DNA from: a virus
Taxonomy: Duplodnaviria; Caudoviricetes
Virus record (IMG/VR): IMGVR_UViG_3300044262_000109
Span: 1 to 25,197 of that record
Direction: 5' to 3' (one strand)
Length of the DNA stretch: 25,197 bases
Under the pieces are notes generated by a model. That model saw only the letters and a list, made by a program, of their open reading frames with translations, did not search any database and was not told the DNA's origin. Made by a program: the position numbers and the translations under genes. Of this stretch, positions 1-7,467 are shown in pieces; positions within the stretch are counted from its first letter, which is position 1, and each line of letters starts with the position of its first letter.

Positions 1-84
1 CGGATCGGCCATGGCGAAGCGCATGATCTCCTGCTCCGCCCGGTTGGCCAGGGTGATCCGATCGGAACGGGACACCCGGCTCAT
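1..84 (-). CDS. N-terminal 28 codons of a gene running off the window (MSRVSRSDRITLANRAEQEIMRFAMADP), possibly a terminase large subunit of a second prophage
   Basis: ATG at 84..82 overlaps the stop of 81..278 (ATGA coupling) and the frame is open to the window edge. The product is inferred only from its position after a TerS-like gene. Confidence 0.45.
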   Translation of the reverse strand, partial: MSRVSRSDRITLANRAEQEIMRFAMADP

Positions 85-278
85 TCGGCCGCCTCCTGGC
101 CCGCCTCGGCCTCGATCTCCTCGGCCCACTCCCGGGCGATGCCGGCCGCCCCGGCCAGCTCCAACCCGTGGCGAGCCCATGGCGCCAAGCCGCCGAAGTA
201 ATCCATCTCCACGGCGATCTCCACCATCTCCGCCGACAGCGCCCGCAACCTGGCGGCCAGTTCCGCCCGGGTCGTCAC
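81..278 (-). CDS. small hypothetical phage protein (65 aa)
   Basis: Translationally coupled at both ends (overlaps 275..278 and 81..84); helical, plausible composition. Confidence 0.7.
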   Translation of the reverse strand: MTTRAELAARLRALSAEMVEIAVEMDYFGGLAPWARHGLELAGAAGIAREWAEEIEAEAGQEAAE

Positions 279-1228
279 GCCTCGCTCCCGGACTGCTGCA
301 TGTGCTCGATCAGGATCGGGTCGGCATCCCGGCGCGCCGCCGCGTTGCGCATCAGCGAGCTCAAGTCCTCCAGCGCCTTCGCCTGGCGCGCCGAGAAATC
401 CGCCAGGGCCTCCCTGGACTGCGCCTGGGACTGCAAGCGGCCGAACTCCTGCTCCTCGTCATCCTGGACCTTCTGGGTCATTCCCATGTCGGCCAGGGAC
501 AGGTTGTTGCGCGACAGCAGCTCACCCAGCGGCTTGAACAGCGGATGCGCCTGGATATCCATGATCGTCCGCCGCTCGCCCGCCTCGGTGTAGTACTCCG
601 CGACGATCAACTGGCCGTCCTTGTCGGTGTAGTACTTCGGCGCCTCCACCTTCACCCCGTCCGCGATGATCGTCTGGACGATCTGCTGCAACAGCGCGAA
701 CAAGGCCGCCTGCAGGTCCGCATAGACCCCGTTCAACAGCTTCGGATTCCGCTGCTCGAACGCCGCATGGTGCTGCATGAACAACACCGTCTGCTTCGAA
801 CAAGCCGCCTGCTGCCCGCACCACCCCCGATCGACATCGCATGCCGCGCAGAACGGATACCCCCCAGGCCGGGCCGGGAAATAGGTCGCCGTCTTGGCCG
901 ACAGGCCATGCTTCAACGCATTGAACCGAGTCCTGCGCGCCTCCTCCGGCGTCGGATGCCCGGCCAGGTTCGCGGCCGTCGCCGCGATCCCCTCCGACGT
1001 CCGCGGCCCGGTAGCGTTCTGCCAAGCCTTCAACAGCGCCCGCTCCCAAGGCGCCTGCTCCTGATCGATAGCCCCGCACTCAGGGCAATCCGAGAAGTAC
1101 CCCCACGGATGCCACTCCCGCTCAGGCGCCTCCACCACGCGCCCAGGCGCCGCCGAAAACGTAGCCCGGCACGCCCCGCACCGGAACGTCACCTCATCAA
1201 GCTGCGCGGAATAGTCAGATTTCGCCAT
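275..1228 (-). CDS. Zn-finger-containing phage protein, putative terminase small subunit-like (317 aa)
   Basis: CGAC...CPEC and CAAC..C..C cysteine clusters. TGPRTSEG...RTRFNALKHGLSAK resembles the STGPRT-EG/NALKHGL motif of TerS-like proteins. Start taken at ATG 1228 rather than TTG 1252. Confidence 0.6.
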   Translation of the reverse strand: MAKSDYSAQLDEVTFRCGACRATFSAAPGRVVEAPEREWHPWGYFSDCPECGAIDQEQAPWERALLKAWQNATGPRTSEGIAATAANLAGHPTPEEARRTRFNALKHGLSAKTATYFPARPGGYPFCAACDVDRGWCGQQAACSKQTVLFMQHHAAFEQRNPKLLNGVYADLQAALFALLQQIVQTIIADGVKVEAPKYYTDKDGQLIVAEYYTEAGERRTIMDIQAHPLFKPLGELLSRNNLSLADMGMTQKVQDDEEQEFGRLQSQAQSREALADFSARQAKALEDLSSLMRNAAARRDADPILIEHMQQSGSEA

Positions 1229-1353
1229 CCTGCCGAGTATCGGCAGGCGCAAGGACAGAACAAGGAAGAATTACGCCGCCCGCCTGGCCAAACGCTGCGG
1301 CAGGCGTACCACAGCGGTTCTCAGTGTGGACGGATCGGGGAGCCAAGTACAGC

Positions 1354-1385
1354 AAGGCCCGCAGCGATGCGGGCCTTTTGCTTTT
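1354..1385 (+). terminator. Rho-independent terminator-like hairpin
   Basis: AAGGCCCGCA-gcga-TGCGGGCCTT (perfect 10-bp stem) followed by TTGCTTTT. Confidence 0.65.
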
Positions 1386-1607
1386 CCACTGCCTTGTGCA
1401 ACCGCTCGGCGAGCGGCAGCACCCCGACCCGCCATCGGGCTTCGCCATGAACGCGCTTGCCGCCGAGCCGCCGTACGGGCAGCATGGCAGGTGCCCGCTC
1501 CGAAGCTGGCCGGCGGGTCCGACGGACGCGCCACGTCATGGCATGACGGAACGCTTCCTGGCAGCCCGGAAAGGGGCAATCGTTCGACACCGATCTGGCA
1601 TGACTGG

Positions 1608-1653
1608 TGTAAGCGCGCGCGATAATTGGCATCGTTTTGCGCGATAATTGGCA
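1608..1653. repeat. putative right end (attR) of the Mu-like prophage with two transposase-binding repeats
   Basis: TGT at 1608, then GCGCGATAATTGGCA at 1617-1631 and 1639-1653 (22-bp period, like Mu R1/R2). It lies about 100 bp past the last tail gene. Confidence 0.75.
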
Positions 1654-1755
1654 CTGGTCGACTCGTCACGTATCGCCAACAGAATTGCCCCGTCGTGAAT
1701 CGCCAGCGATCAGCAGTCGGGCAGCCGGATGCGGGCGCAGAAAGGGCCGTGTGGG

Positions 1756-2421
1756 TTACCCGCCCACTCCCGCGCTCGACGAGTACACGTACTCGAGCGT
1801 GCCGAGCGGTACACCCAACAACATAGGCGTCAACTCCGCCACGAAATCACCATCCCGGTCGTGTGCGATGGGGCACATCTGGCCATTCATCGTGCCATTG
1901 CCGGCACCGGATCGCAGGCCCTCGAAGGCCCACCACCACCCCGGGCAGTCTTGGGTTGGGCACGCAGCGCTGCCGTCGTCGGCGTGGAAGCTGAAGCCGG
2001 TGTGGGGGTTGGATACCGTGCCTGGCAGGCCATCCTCGATACTCCAGTAGTCCGTCCATATCTTTACCGACCAGGAAATATCGTTGGGGTCGCCGACCAT
2101 ATCCACGATGGCGCAATCGGCGACCGTGATCAGGCGGGCATAGTCCTCGTACGACACCGTCGACGCCGGTGATATTGAGTAGCCGTCCTCGGCCACATGG
2201 CGTGTGCCCTGCCAGAGGACATACCCGTCCGGGCGGGGCGGCTCATCAGGAAGCAGCCAGGCCGGCACCAGCCAGCCGATGCCGCGAACCACGGTCCCGG
2301 TCGGCGCGGCAGCTACGGGCGCAGGCGAGCTGGGCGCGTTGGGCGACAGCCGCACGCTGAGGTCCAGGTTTGCGCCCGGCGAGGTCGGCGCGGGCTTGGC
2401 TGGCCAGAAGCGGCGGGTCAT
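1756..2421 (-). CDS. hypothetical distal tail protein (221 aa), last gene of the Mu-like element
   Basis: ATG 2421 overlaps the stop of 2418..4037. Pro-rich N-terminal linker followed by a Trp/Cys-rich domain. Confidence 0.7.
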   Translation of the reverse strand: MTRRFWPAKPAPTSPGANLDLSVRLSPNAPSSPAPVAAAPTGTVVRGIGWLVPAWLLPDEPPRPDGYVLWQGTRHVAEDGYSISPASTVSYEDYARLITVADCAIVDMVGDPNDISWSVKIWTDYWSIEDGLPGTVSNPHTGFSFHADDGSAACPTQDCPGWWWAFEGLRSGAGNGTMNGQMCPIAHDRDGDFVAELTPMLLGVPLGTLEYVYSSSAGVGG

Positions 2422-4037
2422 AGCACGACACCGATGATCATGGGCTGGTAGCCAGCTGCATCGACACGCAGCTCGTGCGCGCCACGGCTCGCCGGGAACG
2501 ATACCCGACCGGCGCCATCGGCGATTCGGCGGGCGCCCCCATCGAGGGTGGCGACGGCGCCGGGGAGTGGTTGGCCGGTCTCGGTCTGGAGCGAGAACAC
2601 GGCTACGCCATCCTGGTACACCACGGCAGCGCCGGCCTGGATGACAGGCTCGAAGGCGGTGGATAGCCGGGCTGACGAGATGACCGGGACCGGACCGGCC
2701 GGTGCCTGGATGGCCATGGCCAGGCTGCCCCGATCCATGTCGAGATCGGCCTGGATGAGGCGATGTCGGCCGCTGACCGGGCTGAGCGGGTGGTCCATAT
2801 CCACCCACGCGCCGGGCGGCAGGTTGGTGGCCCAGGCGCCACGCCAGGACACGGTCCAGGTCGGCCTGGCGGACCAGGCCAGGTGGGCGCGGCCGAGGGC
2901 GTCGGCGAGACGGGCCGAGTGGAGCCAGCCGGCGTCGATCTCGGCGACGATCTCACCGATGTCCTTTATCACATCGGTGGCGCGCAGCTCCAGGGCTTGG
3001 CGGTGCTTGCCGGCCGCCCAGTCGTAGTCGTACAGGACGCGGAGCACCGTGGCCAGGTGGGCCTCACTGGCTACCGGCTGGAGATCCGTGGCGGTGAGTC
3101 TGTCGATGATGGCGTCGGCCGCGACCGTGTCGTGGGTGGGCGGCCAGGCGATGGCGATGCCGGGCATGGCGGCCGACCAGGCGGCGCCGACCGAGGCGAG
3201 CATGGCGTCGACCTGGGCGCGCACGGTGTGGGTGGGGTCGGCGATCACCCCGCCGATCTCGATGCCATCTGTCTCGGCGCGGAAGGCGTCGAGGTCGGCC
3301 AGCGTGACGGCCACGCCGCACACGTCGGCCAGGAAATCCCAGAGCACCTCGTCGGGCCGCACCAGAAGCGCGCCGGTAACCGGGTGCATGCGGCCGCGCA
3401 GCGCGACGGCCAGGCGCTCGCCTTCGGCCAGGGGCTCTTGCAGCTCGATGATGGCCACAGCGTGGCCGGTGCTGTCGGTGGCGTGGCGCCAGGCCCAGGC
3501 GGCGGTGGCCACGTCGTCGCGGCTGACGCGGTCGACGCCCTGGATGGGATGGTCGGCCACCAGCCAGAGGCGGCGGTCCTGGCTGTATTGCACCGGGGAC
3601 AGGCTGGCGCGGCCGTAGACAATGGGCAGCGGCCGGGCGGTGTCGTAGCTGCCCCAGACCGAGCTGGACCGGAGCGGGACCGGCATCGACAGCGGCTGCC
3701 GTTGCCCTGCCTCGATGGTGATCGAGGCCGCTGCGGACAGGTCGCAATCGGTGACCAGGCCGGCGAAGATCGCCTCGGCATCGTCCATTACAGTGGCGGG
3801 CGTGCGCAAGGGAGGCACGGCGAATTCGGCGCTCAGCCGGCCGTCCGCGTTATCGCATCGGGCGACCATGTTGGCGCTGGCGCCCGGCTCGAAATTGGGC
3901 CGGCTCAGCGGTCGCCGCAACGTCCCAATCGAGACCAGGGCCGGATAGGCCACGGCGCAATCGATATGCGCCAGGGCGGCCCGGTCGCGGTACAGGGCGA
4001 CCGGCGGGTCGGTGTCGATGCGCAGCCAGACGCTCAC
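2418..4037 (-). CDS. putative tail tip/hub protein (539 aa)
   Basis: GTGA coupling to the upstream gene. Has a PLPIVYG motif common in siphophage tail-tip proteins and an Ig/prealbumin-like C-terminus (GQPLPGAVATL...ADGAGRVSF). Confidence 0.65.
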   Translation of the reverse strand: MSVWLRIDTDPPVALYRDRAALAHIDCAVAYPALVSIGTLRRPLSRPNFEPGASANMVARCDNADGRLSAEFAVPPLRTPATVMDDAEAIFAGLVTDCDLSAAASITIEAGQRQPLSMPVPLRSSSVWGSYDTARPLPIVYGRASLSPVQYSQDRRLWLVADHPIQGVDRVSRDDVATAAWAWRHATDSTGHAVAIIELQEPLAEGERLAVALRGRMHPVTGALLVRPDEVLWDFLADVCGVAVTLADLDAFRAETDGIEIGGVIADPTHTVRAQVDAMLASVGAAWSAAMPGIAIAWPPTHDTVAADAIIDRLTATDLQPVASEAHLATVLRVLYDYDWAAGKHRQALELRATDVIKDIGEIVAEIDAGWLHSARLADALGRAHLAWSARPTWTVSWRGAWATNLPPGAWVDMDHPLSPVSGRHRLIQADLDMDRGSLAMAIQAPAGPVPVISSARLSTAFEPVIQAGAAVVYQDGVAVFSLQTETGQPLPGAVATLDGGARRIADGAGRVSFPASRGAHELRVDAAGYQPMIIGVVL

Positions 4038-7000
4038 TGGTGCACCGGAGATAGTGCCAGGGCCAGAGAGTAGACGCGCTTGGCGGTGTCGTCTGGACCC
4101 AGTTCGTGGTACTCGACCGGGTCGATGCTGTCCATGTCCACCTGCACCAGCGCGGCATCGCCCGGGTGAAGGTGGTGCGGCACCAGGATCATCGGGTGGC
4201 CGGCCTGCTGCATGGCGTCCAGCATGGCCATGAGCGCGTCCAGATCGGCCTGGAAGAGGAAGCGGCTATCGGCGTCCCAGGCAATCTCGCCCTTGCGGCC
4301 CTGGCCCTGATAGAGGCGGTTGGCGTTGAGGCCATCGCCGCGCTGGATGGCGTAGGCCCGGGCGACGCGGCAGCGCGCGGCGCTGTAGGTGGTGGCCAGC
4401 GGCACCCCGGCCCAGATCCAGCCGATGCGGCCACCGCTGGCGCTGGCGACGGTGACGCGCAGGTGGCTGACCTCCCAGGCCGAGGCCAGGATGACCACCG
4501 AGACCGCGCCGGACACGTCCATGGCCTGGGATTCCGGCCAGGTCGCGCCGTCACCCCCCTCGATCGTCACCGTGGCGCCGGCCGGCAGGTCGTAGCGCGC
4601 CAGGGCCAGGGCCGCGACCGTCTCGACGCCGCCCAGGTCGACTGTCAGCACCGCGCCGGTACCGGACCAGGCCCAGGCCTCGACCGTGGGCACCAGCACA
4701 TGGCTCGGCGCGTTGGGCTGGCGGGCCTGGAAGGTCCAGGCGTCGGCCGCGACCCAGCTCGGCGCGGCGCCGGCGGTGAACCGGGCCGAGAGGCCGTCGA
4801 CGATGGCGATGTCACCGTCCTCGATGTCGGCCGGTGTCGACCAGGCACCGGCATCTTTCCGCCACTTGTATTGCGCGGCGGAAATCTCCACGGTGAACTG
4901 GTCGCCCAGGCCGAACGGGATGCCGCCCCGGTGGATTTGCACCTCGGCGCCGCCGTGGTGGTAGGCCGGCTCCAGGGCGGTGAGGTCGTAGTCGGCCAGG
5001 GGGCCGTCGACCGACCCCACCACCGACCAGGTCAGCGTATCGTCGCCGGTCACGCCGCCAGTCAGCCAGGCCGGTCCGGCCGCGACGACAGCCAGCTCGG
5101 CCGAGTCGCCGACCGCATACGGGCTGACGCCGTCGACCGCCTCGATGGCCACCGTAACCTGGTCGCCCACCTTCAGCCGCTCGGTACAGCCGACCGCGAT
5201 GTGCATGCCGAATTCCCGGGTGGAGTACGGCTCACCGGCCGGTATGCCGGCGCTGGCGCCGGAACCGCAGGACGCCGCCGAGCTGATGTAGGCCTTGTTG
5301 GAAAACGCGGGGAAATAGTACCCGGAGTCGTCGACCCACCAGTGGGTCGCGCTCGGGTCGTCACGCCAGCAGCCGTCCCCGGCTGCGGTGCTGGCGCTAG
5401 ATTTTGGGAGGATGCCCGCCGTGAGCAGGATGTTGTCGCAGGCAGCGCGGTAGCGGTCGAGGAATCGCGGATCATTGCTCGCGTTCGACGTCTCGTCACC
5501 GCCGCCGGTAATAACCGCGATATCGCCCTGTACCTCGGTCCACAGCGCGTCCCACTCGGCCACAGCCGCGGCAACTGAATACACCTGGGCCAGGCAATCG
5601 AGCATGATAGCCACGACAGAGTTGATCCAGTCGATGTCGGCCTGGTTGGCCAGGAAATACGACCGCGAATAGGAGGCACTGGATATCGGGCCGTCCACCA
5701 CCACACTGGCGACGGTAAGCACGGAACCAGGATAGACATCGCGTGGCAGCAGTTCTTCGTAGTCTGGCGCCAGCCCAAGCGAGACCGGAACTTCACCGCC
5801 CGCCGCGACGATGAAGCCAAGGTGCGGATAGTCGGTGCTATTCAATCCGGGCTCGGCGGCGCTGTAATAGACCGGATTGCCTACCGCAATTGCAGCAGCG
5901 GCAGTGCTTGCAGCCGCCGATGTCGCGTAGAGCAATTTTTGCGCGAAACCTGTACCGCCAGTCGAATCTGTCGACAGCACGCCGTCGGCGCCGGCCACAC
6001 CGCCTTCGCCGACAGTAGTCACGCGAACCTGGTAGTACGGGTCAGGCACCGTGGAAGTGCCGCTGCCGGCCTCGGCCGTCTCGTCCCGGATGAATGCCTC
6101 CCGGACGCCGTAAACATCGTCCAGACGACTCTTGTAGTCAGGGTCTATCGACATATCCGGCCCCTCCAGCCCGAGGCAGGCGTTCGTGATGCGCCCCGAC
6201 AGGGTCGCGGTGTTGCAATCACAGTCATTTTGCGGTCGCTCCCGATAGGTGAAGGTGATGGACTTCGGCCGCGCGTTGCGGCCCAAGGTGAAGTTGCGCA
6301 CGCAGACCGACGGCATCGCCTCGCCGTCCGCCCGCGTGGTCGGGTTGAATCGGGTCGCGAACCGACCGGCGCCGAGGTCGGATACGACCGGGTCCGGCAC
6401 GGTGAAGGACACGGCGCCGGACACGAACGGCACCCCAGTGGTGGCCTGGCCGAGCGCGCCGGATACCGGCCCGGACACGCTCCACACCTCGTCGCCGATG
6501 GCGTCGGCGTTAATGCAGGTGATGGATACCGTCTCGGTCGGCGCGGCGGCGGCCACGCTCACCGCCTCCAGGGCGGTACCGGACGCGGACAGCAGCCAGG
6601 CCGAGGTGCGCAATGGCACATCCACCGCCGCCATGCCGCCCGGCGCCCGGTCGGCCGCCACCACGCCGGCCACCTCGACCAGGTCGGAGCTGGCCAGCGC
6701 CGTACAGAGGTCGTAGAACGACACCACGTCGGCATAGGCCTCCGGCGTCACGCCATCGGTCACCACCACGTCATACCCGCCGGTCACCGCCCACACCACA
6801 GTCCCGGCCGTCACATCGCGCTGGAGCGCGGGCGACAGGCCGACGCGCCAGGCGCCATCCTTGTACTCACGATAGGGGCGATAGACCTCCGGGTCGTGGC
6901 CGAAGCGCAGGCGCGGGCTGGCCGCGTCCAGCTCGCCGGACGGCAGCAGCGGCAGCGCGCCGAACTCCCATTGCGGGCCGACCTGGTAGGCCTGGCCGGC

Positions 7001-7465
7001 CGGCCAGTCGGCCAGCAGCGACCAGGCGGTCGCGGTCAGCGTGAGATCCGGCGTGACGGTGAGCCGAATGCTGTTGCCGCCGGCGCCGGCGACGCGGGCA
7101 CGGAGCGTCACGTCGTCGACGGCGAGCCCGGCGGCGGCGGTCGCCGTACCCAGGTCGGCCAGGGTGTAGGTCAACACCTGGTTGGTGGCGCCGACATCGA
7201 CACCGACCACCGACAGGGTACCGTTGCCTACGCCAGCGAATACCGGCGCCGAGGCGCGCTGGGTGGTGCCACCGTCGACGACGGCGATCTCGATCGTCGC
7301 ATCCTCCGCGCCCGTGTAGTCGCCGACCAGCTTGACGCGGCCGTTGCCGGCGCGGGAAACCGCGGTCTGCTTGACCGCGGCAGACGGCAGGACGCTGGAA
7401 GCCGTTACAGCCGCCTCGGCGACGACGTTGTTGGACTGGGCGAGGAAGCGCTGGACGCCGGGCAT
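4034..7465 (-). CDS. large virion/tail protein (1143 aa)
   Basis: Long beta-rich (V/T/G/A) ORF immediately after the tape measure gene and coupled to the next gene. Confidence 0.75.
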   Translation of the reverse strand: MPGVQRFLAQSNNVVAEAAVTASSVLPSAAVKQTAVSRAGNGRVKLVGDYTGAEDATIEIAVVDGGTTQRASAPVFAGVGNGTLSVVGVDVGATNQVLTYTLADLGTATAAAGLAVDDVTLRARVAGAGGNSIRLTVTPDLTLTATAWSLLADWPAGQAYQVGPQWEFGALPLLPSGELDAASPRLRFGHDPEVYRPYREYKDGAWRVGLSPALQRDVTAGTVVWAVTGGYDVVVTDGVTPEAYADVVSFYDLCTALASSDLVEVAGVVAADRAPGGMAAVDVPLRTSAWLLSASGTALEAVSVAAAAPTETVSITCINADAIGDEVWSVSGPVSGALGQATTGVPFVSGAVSFTVPDPVVSDLGAGRFATRFNPTTRADGEAMPSVCVRNFTLGRNARPKSITFTYRERPQNDCDCNTATLSGRITNACLGLEGPDMSIDPDYKSRLDDVYGVREAFIRDETAEAGSGTSTVPDPYYQVRVTTVGEGGVAGADGVLSTDSTGGTGFAQKLLYATSAAASTAAAAIAVGNPVYYSAAEPGLNSTDYPHLGFIVAAGGEVPVSLGLAPDYEELLPRDVYPGSVLTVASVVVDGPISSASYSRSYFLANQADIDWINSVVAIMLDCLAQVYSVAAAVAEWDALWTEVQGDIAVITGGGDETSNASNDPRFLDRYRAACDNILLTAGILPKSSASTAAGDGCWRDDPSATHWWVDDSGYYFPAFSNKAYISSAASCGSGASAGIPAGEPYSTREFGMHIAVGCTERLKVGDQVTVAIEAVDGVSPYAVGDSAELAVVAAGPAWLTGGVTGDDTLTWSVVGSVDGPLADYDLTALEPAYHHGGAEVQIHRGGIPFGLGDQFTVEISAAQYKWRKDAGAWSTPADIEDGDIAIVDGLSARFTAGAAPSWVAADAWTFQARQPNAPSHVLVPTVEAWAWSGTGAVLTVDLGGVETVAALALARYDLPAGATVTIEGGDGATWPESQAMDVSGAVSVVILASAWEVSHLRVTVASASGGRIGWIWAGVPLATTYSAARCRVARAYAIQRGDGLNANRLYQGQGRKGEIAWDADSRFLFQADLDALMAMLDAMQQAGHPMILVPHHLHPGDAALVQVDMDSIDPVEYHELGPDDTAKRVYSLALALSPVHQ

Positions 7466-7467
7466 GA

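Noticed and set aside
1313-1323. GCGGTTCTCA shared with 20200-20209, as a trans target of the antisense RNA
   Set aside because: A 10-nt match is expected by chance in 25 kb and the second target box is absent.
1756-2421. Diversity-generating retroelement target or invertible fibre segment at the terminal gene
   Set aside because: No template repeat, reverse transcriptase, invertase or inverted crossover sites were seen.
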